Source of the DNA: Candidatus Micrarchaeia archaeon
GTDB taxonomy: Archaea; Micrarchaeota; Micrarchaeia; Micrarchaeales; CABMGC01
Direction of reading: 5' to 3'
Length of the DNA stretch: 64,000 bases
Assembly (NCBI GenBank): GCA_049976845.1
Contig: JBMFHL010000001.1
Span: 32,001 to 96,000 of the forward strand
Shown piece by piece: positions 27,070 to 37,351 of the stretch (within the stretch, counting starts at the first letter, position 1; every line of letters starts with the position of its first letter). Below the pieces are notes generated by a model. The model worked only from the letters and a program-made list of their open reading frames with translations. It was not told the DNA's origin and ran no database searches. Position numbers and translations under genes: made by a program.

Positions 27070-28275
27070 ATGAAGATTGCAATAGTCTCCGACTTCCATC
27101 TTGGATACGAAAAATTTTTTGAAGATGCATACAACCAAGCATATGAAGCCCTTAAAGAAGCGCGCCAAGAAGCAGACATGATAATAGTACCAGGAGACAT
27201 ATTCGATAACAGATCACCCAAGCCCGAAGTTCTTGCACAAGGCATAAACATATTCAGAAGTATAGGCAATTGGAAATGGGAAGCAAAGATAACCTCTTAC
27301 ATTGGAGAAAGGAAAATATACACTACAATACCAATAATAGCCATACCTGGGACACATGAGCGAAGGTCCGAAAAATCTGAGAATGCGGTGGAACTCCTAA
27401 GCCTTGCAGGCCTGCTTGCAAATGTTAGTGAGGCATGCGCCATAGTTGAAAAAAACGGAGAGAAAGTGGCAGTCTATGGAATAGGCGGCATTTCAGAAGA
27501 GAGATTTGGAGAAACTCTGAAGAAGCTTGATCCAAAGCCTGTAGAAGGAGCATTCAATATATTTGTATTTCACCAGTCCGTATACGAGCTTATGCCTTTT
27601 AGCAAGGATTTTATCAAATTCGAAGAATTACCAAAAGGCTTCGACCTGTATATAGACGGGCATATACATAACAAGGTAGAGGGTAAGGTGCACGGCAAGC
27701 CTTTTCTAATCCCTGGTAGCACTGTGCTCACCCAGCTAAAAGAGAGCGAGCTTGAAAAAAAAGGTTTTTTTGTCTTTGACACAGAAAAACTAAGCTATTC
27801 CTTCCATGAAATAAATTCGCGTGGCTTCCACTTGATAAAAGTAGACGTAACGGGCAGAACTCCAAACGAAATAATAGAAGAAGCAGACAAAAAAATAAAC
27901 AATACGTTAGAGCAGTACAAAGAAAGCGTGCCTATAATAAGGGTCGTACTTTCTGGAAATGCACCTGAGAGTTTCAGGCAGAACGACTTTGATATACGCG
28001 CCTTAATAAAAAAATATGAGAATAAAGTGCTATTGGACATAAGCAAGGACATAGATGATAGTGGCGTTAAATTGGAGATCGATGGGCTCAGGAGCGGATC
28101 TATAGAAAATCTCTCTATAAAGGACTATGGCTTAAGCATATTCTTGGAGAAACTTGCCTCGAAAGGATATAATCTAAGAGTAAAATCTTCTGAGCTCTTC
28201 GACATTCTGAGTTCTGAAAAAAATAAAGAAAAAGTTATTGACAAGGCGATGGAAGAGCTGTTTAGCAAAAAATAG
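27070..28275 (+). CDS. mre11: Mre11/SbcD nuclease
   Basis: SDFHLG, GDIFD, PGTHE, FHQ, GHIH, PGS. Confidence 0.85.
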   Translation: MKIAIVSDFHLGYEKFFEDAYNQAYEALKEARQEADMIIVPGDIFDNRSPKPEVLAQGINIFRSIGNWKWEAKITSYIGERKIYTTIPIIAIPGTHERRSEKSENAVELLSLAGLLANVSEACAIVEKNGEKVAVYGIGGISEERFGETLKKLDPKPVEGAFNIFVFHQSVYELMPFSKDFIKFEELPKGFDLYIDGHIHNKVEGKVHGKPFLIPGSTVLTQLKESELEKKGFFVFDTEKLSYSFHEINSRGFHLIKVDVTGRTPNEIIEEADKKINNTLEQYKESVPIIRVVLSGNAPESFRQNDFDIRALIKKYENKVLLDISKDIDDSGVKLEIDGLRSGSIENLSIKDYGLSIFLEKLASKGYNLRVKSSELFDILSSEKNKEKVIDKAMEELFSKK

Positions 28276-28277
28276 GG

Positions 28278-29663
28278 CTATAAGTCTCTGTCTATATACT
28301 CCTTATACTTCAAAAGCTTGGTTAGAGAGGATGTTGCTGCCATAGGCGAATCATATACAGGTAGTCCAGAGCTTTCCATCATAGTCTTGTGCGTTTGCGT
28401 ATAATCAGAACCCGCAGTAATGACTACCATTGGTTTTGAAATCTTCTTCTTGTAGTATATGAGCTTTGAAGCAACAGTCGAATCAGCGCCTGGCGTCTGG
28501 AATAATGCAATTACAATAAGCATATCTACATTAGGGTCATTTGTAACCAAGGACAACGCATTATCATATCTAACCTCATCAGCATCTCCAGCCAGGTCTA
28601 GCGGATTTCTTATGTTTACAAGGCTCGGCAAAACCTTCCTCAAGGCCACTTTAGTGTTCTCGCTGAAATCTGCAAGTTCAAGTCCTTCTAAGTAAACAGA
28701 GTCTGCAGTAAGCACACCAGTACCACCGCCGTTTGTTATTATTGCAACTCTCTTTCCTAGCGGTAGGGGCTCTGTAGAGAAAGCCTTTGCAAAATAAAGG
28801 AGTTCGCTCAGATCCTTAGCAATTATAAACCCAAATTGTCTGAACACTGCTTCATATGCCTGGCTGTTTCCAGCAAGCGAAGCTGTATGCGAATGTGCCG
28901 CAGCAGCACCAGCATCAGTCATCCCTCCTTTTATTATAATGACTGGTTTTACCTTAGTGATTTTTTTTGCAATCTCTATAAACTCCTTTCCCCTCTTCAC
29001 GCCTTCTATGTACATGACTATTACACGGGTCTCCTTATCGTGCAACAAGTATTCTAATATGTCTACTTCATCTACATAAGCCGCATTCCCATATGAAATG
29101 AATTTTGCCAGACCAAAGCCCTCCTTTGCAATCAAATCAAGTACTGTGCTACCGACAGCGCCGCTCTGTGATACGAAGCTAACATTACCGCTTTTAGGTC
29201 TGCTTAGCTTATAAGTAGGCAAGAACAGCGTATCTACCCTAGATGAAGGGTCCATGATACCTAAGCAGTTTGGCCCAAGCATAGCAATATTGTACTTTTT
29301 TGCTATTTCGACAATCTTATCTTGAAGTGCAACCTCTCCTATCTCTGCAAATCCCCCACTTACCACGACAGCAGTTTTGACGCCAGCTTTCCCACACTCC
29401 TCGAGTGCATCTGGTACTGCTGGCGCCGGAATTGAAATAACTGCAAGGTCTATGCTCTTTTTCACTTCTAAAACGCTTTTATAAACCTTCAAGCCAACAA
29501 TAGTCTCTGAACCGGCGTTTCTATTTATTGGATATAGTGCACCAGAATAGCCCGCATCTATATAATTCTGAAGTATTATGTGTCCCACCTTATCAGGGTC
29601 TCTCGATGCTCCTATAATTGCAACACTCTTTGGGTTCATCATAGGCTTAAGGTCCATTCTCAT
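28278..29663 (-). CDS. acdA: ADP-forming acetyl-CoA synthetase, alpha subunit
   Basis: SVAIIGASRDPDKVG, GGFAE, GPNCLG, SQSGA, SHTASLAG phospho-His, TNGGG, NPLDLAGDA. Confidence 0.9.
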   Translation of the reverse strand: MRMDLKPMMNPKSVAIIGASRDPDKVGHIILQNYIDAGYSGALYPINRNAGSETIVGLKVYKSVLEVKKSIDLAVISIPAPAVPDALEECGKAGVKTAVVVSGGFAEIGEVALQDKIVEIAKKYNIAMLGPNCLGIMDPSSRVDTLFLPTYKLSRPKSGNVSFVSQSGAVGSTVLDLIAKEGFGLAKFISYGNAAYVDEVDILEYLLHDKETRVIVMYIEGVKRGKEFIEIAKKITKVKPVIIIKGGMTDAGAAAAHSHTASLAGNSQAYEAVFRQFGFIIAKDLSELLYFAKAFSTEPLPLGKRVAIITNGGGTGVLTADSVYLEGLELADFSENTKVALRKVLPSLVNIRNPLDLAGDADEVRYDNALSLVTNDPNVDMLIVIALFQTPGADSTVASKLIYYKKKISKPMVVITAGSDYTQTHKTMMESSGLPVYDSPMAATSSLTKLLKYKEYIDRDL

Positions 29664-29671
29664 GCAAACAC

Positions 29672-30289
29672 TTATTTTATTATTCTAATGTCGACAACAT
29701 CATATCCGTCTTCTCTAACAATCACCGGATTCAAATCCAGTTCGCTAATACTATTCTCTTCAATCATCCTTGAAACCTTCATGAGCATGCTTGTAAGCTC
29801 ATTTTCGGCTTTGCCATTATAAGTAACTATATCCTTAGATTTAAGTTGCCTTATCATCTCAACAGCATCATACCTCGTGATTGGACAAACTCTAACAGCA
29901 AAATCCCTGAAAGATTCTACAAATATACCTCCAAGCCCTATAAGAAGCAGTTTTCCAAACTGCTGGTCCTCCCTTCCTCCTATTATTACCTCTATGCCAG
30001 ATCCTGCCATCTTCTGTGCAAGAATCTTATACGGCGCATATGCATGCGCCCTCTTTGACAGCTCGCCAAAAGCCTTGCGTATACTCTCGCTGCCAGAAAT
30101 ATTCAACATAACAAGTCCTGCCTTCGACTTGTGCAATGCCTTTTCAGATATTGCCTTCAGGGCTATTGCACCTCCAACTTTGCTTGAAAATTCAATAGCC
30201 GATTCAGTATCTTTCACATATGCGCTCTCAATGCTACTAATCCCATATCTGTCTAGTAGCTTTTTTGCATTCATATACTCCAAGAGCAT
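29672..30289 (-). CDS. acdB: ADP-forming acetyl-CoA synthetase, beta (ATP-grasp) subunit
   Basis: HKSKAGLV, EVIIGGREDQQFG, GLGGIFVE, ELDLNPV. Confidence 0.88.
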   Translation of the reverse strand: MLLEYMNAKKLLDRYGISSIESAYVKDTESAIEFSSKVGGAIALKAISEKALHKSKAGLVMLNISGSESIRKAFGELSKRAHAYAPYKILAQKMAGSGIEVIIGGREDQQFGKLLLIGLGGIFVESFRDFAVRVCPITRYDAVEMIRQLKSKDIVTYNGKAENELTSMLMKVSRMIEENSISELDLNPVIVREDGYDVVDIRIIK

Positions 30290-30297
30290 GAAAATCC

Positions 30298-30969
30298 CTA
30301 TATTATCCCATATTTGTAGAGGAACAAGGCAATTAATACTATTACTAGAACCAAAATAACAGCCACATTCTTCATCTTGCGCTTCGGCCTAGCTTTTGCG
30401 AGTGCTTCTTTTATTGCCGCCTCTTCGTCTACCTGCAATTTGTTATGATCCTTTGGCTCCTGTTTCTGCTGTGAATTTAAACCTCCAGCAACAACCTGTG
30501 CCTGTGGGGTCGCAGTTGTCTGGATTTTCAAAAATCCTTTCTCAGTAAGCATCATGTCGACGCTGCCATTTTTGAGTTCGTAAGTCATGTACTCCTGCTT
30601 GTACAGTTTGTATAATCTCAATGCCAGATCCTTAGGCCTTAGGTTTAAGGTAGTGCTTAGTTCATTTGGCAGCCTCTTGCCTGCAGAAAGCTGTGTGAGT
30701 ATTGTGCCATCAAGATTGTCAAAGGGCTCGGCACTTCTCGTATTAGCTTCGTTTATAAGATTTTTCCCTGCATCTGTAAGGACCATGCCATTTGGTCCAG
30801 GATAATTTGATGTAAAATCAATTAAGCCTTTTTGCTTAAGAGTTCCTGCTATGTTTGACGCATCGAAGAAACTTGCATTTATGAGACTCCCAAATTTTTC
30901 AAGCACAGTATCAGGCGTAATCTTCAAAATGCAAGCTAAATCCATAAAATTTATTTCGTCGCTTGCCAT
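30298..30969 (-). CDS. Hypothetical tandem winged-helix protein with C-terminal TM anchor
   Basis: Two repeats ending LKQKGLI...LTDAGK and LYKQEYM...LTEKG; linker; C-terminal hydrophobic helix. Confidence 0.6.
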   Translation of the reverse strand: MASDEINFMDLACILKITPDTVLEKFGSLINASFFDASNIAGTLKQKGLIDFTSNYPGPNGMVLTDAGKNLINEANTRSAEPFDNLDGTILTQLSAGKRLPNELSTTLNLRPKDLALRLYKLYKQEYMTYELKNGSVDMMLTEKGFLKIQTTATPQAQVVAGGLNSQQKQEPKDHNKLQVDEEAAIKEALAKARPKRKMKNVAVILVLVIVLIALFLYKYGII

Positions 30970-31164
30970 GCAATCAACATTACAATATATGGATAGGAAA
31001 AGTCTATGAATTTATCACACAACCTATGTGGGTTATGAGAATTCTAACTTCCTAAAAAATCAATGTAAGTGTTTACATATGAAAAAGGCATAAAAAGAAA
31101 GATTTTTAATAGAAAAGCGCAGAATAACATTATTGCATTAGTAGTGCATTGTCAAAGTGTTTTT

Positions 31165-32415
31165 TTGGAAATACAACTTCTTGGAGGAGCCAGCGAAGTA
31201 GGCAGGTCAGCGATACTGCTCAAAGACGAAAAGAAAATATTGCTGGATTATGGCATAAAAATTAACAATAAAACAGAATATCCTATGCAGGCTGGAGATG
31301 TAGATTTATTCATACTTAGCCATGCACATCTGGATCACAGTGGCTTTGCCCCAGCACTATACTACTCTTCACTCCCTACTACTATAACCACAGAGCCAAC
31401 AATAAAACTAAGCGAATTGCTGATAAAGGACTCAATGAAGATAAGCAAGAGGCAGCATTCTAAGCAGAAATTTGTTAGGAGGCAGCTTCTCTCGTTCCTT
31501 GAGAAAAGTCTGCCATACGAATATGGAACGCAGATGCAGAATGACGATTATTATATAACATTATATGATGCGGGCCACATAACAGGCAGTGCAATATCAT
31601 TAGTGGAAAAAATAAAGAACGGAAGGAGGCTTGTATATACTGGAGATTTTAAGATAGAACCGCAGATGCTGCAGGGCAGTGCTGACATAGTCGAAAGCGA
31701 CATACTAATCACAGAATCAACATATGCAGATAAAGAGCACCCTGACAGGTCAGAGATAATCAAAAAGCTTGTAAATAATATAAGGGAAGTTCTTGATAAT
31801 GGTGGCACAGCACTTGTACCTAGCTTTGCGGTTGGAAGGGCGCAAGAGATACTTGCAATTCTATATAGTCATGGCCTTATAGACTATACTTATATAGACG
31901 GAATGGCAAAAGCTGCCACTGAAATAGTTATTAACTACCCTGAACAGACAAGAAACAAAGATCTCTTAATGAGTTCGGTAAAGAACGCCACGTGGATAGG
32001 CATGCATAGTGACAGGGCCGAAGCGCTAACAAGGCCAAGCATAATAGTTACAACTGCAGGCATGTTAACAGGGGGTCCTGTACTAAATTACATAACAAAA
32101 CTAAATAACAAGTCAAAAATCTTTCTTACTGGGTATCAAGTTGAAGGTACAAACGGCAACAAGCTCCTCAACGGCAAGCCGATAAATATAGATGGGAGGA
32201 ACTATAAGATAAAAACTCCTGTGGAATTCTATGACCTTTCGGCACATGCCGGTAAATCTGACCTTTATGAATATGTAAGAAAAAGCAATCCAGAAACTGT
32301 CATATGCGTGCACGGAGACAAAGAAAAAACAGAATCATTTGCGGAAACCCTGAAGCTTGAAGGCTTCGATGCGCATTCGCCAAAAGTAGGAGATAAGATA
32401 GAAGTGGAATTCTAA
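31165..32415 (+). CDS. MBL-fold beta-CASP ribonuclease (aCPSF2-like)
   Basis: LGGASEVGRS, SHAHLDHSG, AGHITGS, YTGD, ESTY, FAVGRAQE, SAHAG, VHG; probable TTG start at 31165. Confidence 0.9.
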   Translation: MEIQLLGGASEVGRSAILLKDEKKILLDYGIKINNKTEYPMQAGDVDLFILSHAHLDHSGFAPALYYSSLPTTITTEPTIKLSELLIKDSMKISKRQHSKQKFVRRQLLSFLEKSLPYEYGTQMQNDDYYITLYDAGHITGSAISLVEKIKNGRRLVYTGDFKIEPQMLQGSADIVESDILITESTYADKEHPDRSEIIKKLVNNIREVLDNGGTALVPSFAVGRAQEILAILYSHGLIDYTYIDGMAKAATEIVINYPEQTRNKDLLMSSVKNATWIGMHSDRAEALTRPSIIVTTAGMLTGGPVLNYITKLNNKSKIFLTGYQVEGTNGNKLLNGKPINIDGRNYKIKTPVEFYDLSAHAGKSDLYEYVRKSNPETVICVHGDKEKTESFAETLKLEGFDAHSPKVGDKIEVEF

Positions 32416-32787
32416 TTATTCCTCTCCAGGCTCAATACTGTCATCTTCTCCATCAATCTCCTCTGTTGAGCCAAGCTCCTCTTCGTTGCCCGTGCCTTTT
32501 TCAATTACTTCTATCTTGCCCCATTTGCCAGCTGAAAGCTGCGGGGTGCCTCTGAATTCACTCACATAACCATTAGTAACCCTCACCTTGTCGCCAACAG
32601 CCACAGTTTCAATATCCTTGCCCCATACCGAGAGCACAATGCTTCCTGTGTCATCCTTCAAAGTAACATTAGCAACATTCAATCTTTTTCCATATTTTGT
32701 TACCACTTCTCTAGGCTCTTGTTTTTCTGCTACAGTAGCCTCAATAGTAACATTAGTTGCACCTGCCTTTAACTCATTTATTTTCAT
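32416..32787 (-). CDS. ssb: Single-OB-fold ssDNA-binding protein with acidic tail
   Basis: KINELKAG...LKDDTGSIVLSVW...NGYVSEFRG.PQLSAGKWG; acidic C-terminus. Confidence 0.85.
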   Translation of the reverse strand: MKINELKAGATNVTIEATVAEKQEPREVVTKYGKRLNVANVTLKDDTGSIVLSVWGKDIETVAVGDKVRVTNGYVSEFRGTPQLSAGKWGKIEVIEKGTGNEEELGSTEEIDGEDDSIEPGEE

Positions 32788-33097
32788 TAACTCACCAATA
32801 AGAACTAACAAGTTATATAAAAGGGATTAATTATAATAATCTTTGTTTCTGAAGAAGAGCCCAAAAAAGGTAAATTTGGTACGAACAGCAATATTTTACA
32901 TCTGCATTCGAAATAAATCCCTCCATGTTATAAAACAATTCAAAATACCTATACCTATCAAAAACAATAATCAAAGCCCTTACAGGATTTCAATGCGATA
33001 CATAAAGCAGCCATTTGAACCTTATTTGTATAATAAGCATACCTTCAAACAAATAGATAATTTATAATTGTTGCTTACAATTATTTAGTGGGGTTTT

Positions 33098-34345
33098 ATG
33101 GCTGAAGCATTCTCTGATTTATTAAAGGAATCAAGTATATTCGCAAACAGGGACGCACTGTCTCCGCACTATATGCCAAATAACCTCCTGTTTAGAGAAA
33201 AGCAGATAAGCAACATAGTCAAATATCTCACCCCTTCACTCAGGGGCGAAAGGGGCAGAAATCTCTTTATATATGGGAAGACAGGAACAGGGAAGACATC
33301 CTGCATGAAATACGTGATAGAGAAAGTCAAAGAGATTTCAACGGTAAAAGCAAAGATCTCCTATGTCAATTGTAGGATATACAACTCTAGATATAGGGTA
33401 TTGAGTAAGCTGATGAGCGATCATTTACCTTCATATGCCAAGAGAGGCTACGGCATTGTAGACATCTATGAGAAACTCATAAACTGGATAGAAGAAGATG
33501 GCAAGGTGCTTATAGTTGTGCTAGATGAGGTAGATGTAGTAAAAGACTTAGATGACTTAATATATACGCTGACAAGGGCAAACAGCGATATAAAAAGTGG
33601 AGGAGTAACAATTGTAGGTATATCAAACAAAATATCCTTCAAAGAAGAATTGGACCCAAGGAGCATATCAACACTTTATGAAAATGAACTAGTTTTCCCT
33701 CCATACAATTCTACCGAACTTGCAGCAATATTGAAGCAGAGGGCAGAAATAGGATTCAAACAGGGGGTCATAGATTCTGCTTCATTGAACCTAGCAGCCG
33801 CAATAGCAGCAAAGGAAAGCGGGGATGCAAGGCTTGCCCTAAAGATACTTTCAAAAGCAGGAGAGCTCGCCGAGGAGCACGGCATAAAGTTCATATCAAC
33901 TGAAGAAGTGAACGAGGCATCAAAATCGGCAGATGAAGAAGTAGCATACGAGCTTATAAGCACATTGCCAGAACACCAGAAACTTGTGGTCTATGCAATA
34001 GCAATCCTTACACTTCAGGGCAGCAAATACAAAAAGCTCATAGATGGAGCCGAAGCATATCTTTTCAGCGGAGAGGTATATGACAAGTATGTGGCAATAA
34101 GCAATTCAATGAACAAGGAGCCAAAGAGCTCCAGGTGGTACAGAAAATACATATCTGATCTGGAGATGCAAGGACTAATAAACACCTATGAGTCTGGTAA
34201 GGGCATAAGGGGCCACACCAAGCTGATAAAGCTAGCATATCCACCAGAAAAGATAAAATCAACAATAGAGAAAGGCCTTTTTAGGGAAAGCGAAGCGGAT
34301 TCAACAGGGGGTTCTTCAGAAAGTCCAGATGACGCTTTGCATTAG
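33098..34345 (+). CDS. cdc6: Orc1/Cdc6 replication initiator
   Basis: IYGKTGTGKT, YVNC, VLDEVD, FPPY, GDAR; C-terminal winged helix GKGIRG. Confidence 0.95.
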   Translation: MAEAFSDLLKESSIFANRDALSPHYMPNNLLFREKQISNIVKYLTPSLRGERGRNLFIYGKTGTGKTSCMKYVIEKVKEISTVKAKISYVNCRIYNSRYRVLSKLMSDHLPSYAKRGYGIVDIYEKLINWIEEDGKVLIVVLDEVDVVKDLDDLIYTLTRANSDIKSGGVTIVGISNKISFKEELDPRSISTLYENELVFPPYNSTELAAILKQRAEIGFKQGVIDSASLNLAAAIAAKESGDARLALKILSKAGELAEEHGIKFISTEEVNEASKSADEEVAYELISTLPEHQKLVVYAIAILTLQGSKYKKLIDGAEAYLFSGEVYDKYVAISNSMNKEPKSSRWYRKYISDLEMQGLINTYESGKGIRGHTKLIKLAYPPEKIKSTIEKGLFRESEADSTGGSSESPDDALH

Positions 34346-34359
34346 CGCAAGGAATTCAA

Positions 34360-34854
34360 ATGGAGTATTTTGATATCTCTTATGCGAATGACAATTTGCC
34401 TAGCCTAGCGTTAAGGCTAGGATACAAGAAAATTTTTACCATAGGCAAAGAAGTTTTTTTAGTAGAGAAGGAATCTGAAATTAAACAAAAATCGATAATC
34501 TACAGTAAAGATGCTCCAAAGCTTCTAAAGCAGAGCAAGGTTTTTGCAGTGGTAGCGGACAAGATAAATGAAGACCTAATCCAGAAGATAAAGGGCCAGG
34601 AGAAAATACTGATAATCGATGCCTCTGCAATAATACGAGCTTCTAGCGAGCCGCAAGCTGTGCAAAATATTAAGAAAGCTAGGAAGATAGTCTCCTATGC
34701 GCTGCGATCTAGGGTAAAACTGGCAATAGCATCATTCGCAAAGGACGCTCACGGGCTTATTTCAGCTGAGCAAATGATAGAGCTGGCAAAATTTTTGGGT
34801 GCAAACGAAGGGCATGCAAAAGCAATGCTCAAACAACTGGGTGCAGATCAATGA
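34360..34854 (+). CDS. RNase P protein Rpp30-like (short, divergent)
   Basis: A.RLGY N-terminus, IASFA...FLG C-terminus; conserved position before Pop5 and psmA. Confidence 0.6.
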   Translation: MEYFDISYANDNLPSLALRLGYKKIFTIGKEVFLVEKESEIKQKSIIYSKDAPKLLKQSKVFAVVADKINEDLIQKIKGQEKILIIDASAIIRASSEPQAVQNIKKARKIVSYALRSRVKLAIASFAKDAHGLISAEQMIELAKFLGANEGHAKAMLKQLGADQ

Positions 34855-35195
34855 TAGCAAGGAAAAAAAGCAGATACATACTAATCGAGCTTTCAAGGCC
34901 GTTAGAAATTACATCGGCTCCAGCATATGATGAATTCATCGAAAGCATAAAAAGGAATATAGGCATGCTCGACTTCTCAAGCATGGGCATTTACCCAATT
35001 AAAAGGTTAAGCGACAGTATATTCATATTCAAAGTGAACAGGGGATATGAGAAGAAATTCATACTTGCCTCTGCTTTTATAAGCTCACTCTCTGGATACA
35101 GCATAAGCATATATTCAATATGTACTTCAGGCACCATAAAAGCATTGCTGAAAAAATATGAAAGAAAGTATGTTGCATTAAAGCAAGCGCACTAG
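34851..35195 (+). CDS. RNase P protein Pop5/Rpp14
   Basis: RKKSRYILI, TSGTIKAL. Confidence 0.8.
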   Translation: MIARKKSRYILIELSRPLEITSAPAYDEFIESIKRNIGMLDFSSMGIYPIKRLSDSIFIFKVNRGYEKKFILASAFISSLSGYSISIYSICTSGTIKALLKKYERKYVALKQAH

Positions 35196-35324
35196 CGCAG
35201 TGCCATTTGAGGCAAGCAAATTTTATTATTTTTTCATAAGCCTAATAAAATCCTCAAAACAAAAAGTTTATAATATTGCATAAACATAATTACTAAAGAT
35301 TCTCATGCTTCTTAGGTGAATTTG

Positions 35325-36020
35325 ATGTATCCAAACATACAAGCATATGATAGAGGAGTGATGTTTAACCCAGACGGCAGATTATTCCAAGTGGAATATG
35401 CTAAGGAAGCTGTAAGGAAGGGAGCAACCTCAATAGGCCTTATAGCAAAAGACAGCGTTGTTTTTGTAGCGCACAAAAACATAACAGAGCCTTTGGCAGT
35501 TCCAGATACAATACAGAAAGTTTTTAGGATAGACTCTCATATCGGCGCAACCTATAGCGGCATGGTGGCCGACGGCCTGCACATAGTGGGCATTGCAAGA
35601 AACTCAGCACAGAATCACAGGCTTGTATACAATGAAGTTAAATCAGTAGAAGCAATAGCAAAGGATCTAGCATCATACATGATGCAGGCGACGCAATATG
35701 GCGGAATGAGGCCTTATGCCGTTTCTGTGCTTGTTGGCGGTATAGATACTTCTCCGAGACTCTTCGAGATAGAACCAGGCGCATCATTCCTTGGCTACAA
35801 GGCAGATGCAATAGGTATAGGAAAGAAAGTTGCCTCAGATATGCTATTAAAAGAGTACAAGGATGATATGAAGCTTGACGATGCCATCTCTCTAGGGGTT
35901 AGAGTTATAAAAAAGGCAAGCGAAGCTAAGGTCAACCCTGAGAATATAGATATTGGCTATATTGAAGATGGGATCGAATTTACAATGCTGAAACATGACG
36001 AAATAGCAAAATACCTTTAA
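35325..36020 (+). CDS. psmA: Proteasome alpha subunit
   Basis: AYDRG.MFNPDGRLFQVEYAKEAVRKGAT, YGGMRPY; GGTGA SD. Confidence 0.95.
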   Translation: MYPNIQAYDRGVMFNPDGRLFQVEYAKEAVRKGATSIGLIAKDSVVFVAHKNITEPLAVPDTIQKVFRIDSHIGATYSGMVADGLHIVGIARNSAQNHRLVYNEVKSVEAIAKDLASYMMQATQYGGMRPYAVSVLVGGIDTSPRLFEIEPGASFLGYKADAIGIGKKVASDMLLKEYKDDMKLDDAISLGVRVIKKASEAKVNPENIDIGYIEDGIEFTMLKHDEIAKYL

Positions 36021-36044
36021 TTTTTATTATCCGCTGTGACATCT

Positions 36045-36734
36045 ATGTCTTCTAAGAAAGTTATCGCAAAATACTCTATCGGTGGCGAAGAATTTGAAAT
36101 ATTCGTAGATGCCGATATTGCATATGAATACATAACAGGCAAAAGAAGTGACCCTCTTGCCGCATTAGAGACAGACGAAGTATTCAAAGACGCAAACAAA
36201 GGCGAGAGGCAAAGCAATGAAAAACTTGCAAAAGCTTTTGGCACTACAGATATCGCGAAAATAGCGTCGACAATACTCAAGAATGGAAATGTGCCCATAA
36301 CAACAGAGCAGAGAGGCAAGCTACTCGAAGAAAAAAGGAAACAAATAATTTCAATAATATCCAGAAATTCAATAGATCCAAGGACAAACGCTCCACATCC
36401 AATGCAAAGAATAGAAAACGCCATGGAGCAGGCAAAGGTCTCTATAGATCCATTCAAAAATGCAAGTGAACAAGTCGATCAGATAGTAAAGAAAATTAAC
36501 ATGATAATACCAATAAAATTTGCAGTTGCAAAAATAGAGGTTATAATACCTCCAAGCTATTCAAACAGATGTTATAATATACTTAAGCAGTATGGCCTCA
36601 AATCAGAGAAATGGCTTGCTGACGGTTCGCTTTCGGCAATAGTGGAATTCCCCGCAGGGTTGCAGAGCGAATTTTTCGACAAACTTAACAGTGCAACCCA
36701 AGGAAACGCAGAAACAAAAATTTTAGAGGTGTGA
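36045..36734 (+). CDS. Ribosome maturation factor SBDS/Sdo1
   Basis: [34 protein letters not shown]. Confidence 0.93.
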   Translation: MSSKKVIAKYSIGGEEFEIFVDADIAYEYITGKRSDPLAALETDEVFKDANKGERQSNEKLAKAFGTTDIAKIASTILKNGNVPITTEQRGKLLEEKRKQIISIISRNSIDPRTNAPHPMQRIENAMEQAKVSIDPFKNASEQVDQIVKKINMIIPIKFAVAKIEVIIPPSYSNRCYNILKQYGLKSEKWLADGSLSAIVEFPAGLQSEFFDKLNSATQGNAETKILEV

Positions 36735-36738
36735 TTAA

Positions 36739-37347
36739 ATGGGAAAAATAGTTGTTCCAGGAGATTTACTATCAGATAAACCTATACGCATTGAAAATGC
36801 AATAATAGACGAAGGAAAGACCTATTCGACTGTGCTCGGCATGTTTGACAGCGAAAAAAACACATTAATCCCTTTGGAGGGGTTATGGTATCCTAGGCAT
36901 GGGGATGTAGTAATAGGTATAATAACCGAGGAGAGGATGAGCAGTTATTCTGTCGATCTCAATGCACCTTATAAAGGAATACTGATAGCAAAGTATACGA
37001 GAGAAGAGTTCTCACTAGGTGACATAATTGAAGCCACGGTGAAAGAGCTTGACGAAACTCAGACTGTTGTGCTAATGCATGAAAGAAAGCTCTTTGGTGG
37101 AAAGATAATAGAAATCAAACCATCAAAGATACCAAGGATAATAGGAAAGGAAAATACAATGCTCACCCAGCTTACAGAAGGTACAAAATCCACTATAGTG
37201 GTGGGCATGAATGGCAGAGTATGGATAAAAGGCGGCGACGTTGCACTTACAACAGAGGCTATACTTAAAATAGAAGAAGAGGCTCACACGGCAGGTCTGA
37301 CAGACAGGATAAAGGAGATGCTTGAAAAATCAAAATCAGGGAAGTGA
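36739..37347 (+). CDS. rrp4: Exosome RNA-binding subunit Rrp4
   Basis: IVVPGD, GDVVIG, KIPRIIGK, VGMNGRVWI. Confidence 0.9.
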   Translation: MGKIVVPGDLLSDKPIRIENAIIDEGKTYSTVLGMFDSEKNTLIPLEGLWYPRHGDVVIGIITEERMSSYSVDLNAPYKGILIAKYTREEFSLGDIIEATVKELDETQTVVLMHERKLFGGKIIEIKPSKIPRIIGKENTMLTQLTEGTKSTIVVGMNGRVWIKGGDVALTTEAILKIEEEAHTAGLTDRIKEMLEKSKSGK

Positions 37348-37351
37348 TATT

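Noticed and set aside
32843..33067. 74-aa ORF upstream of cdc6
   Set aside because: TTG start, no SD, no motifs; it lies in a divergent promoter region.
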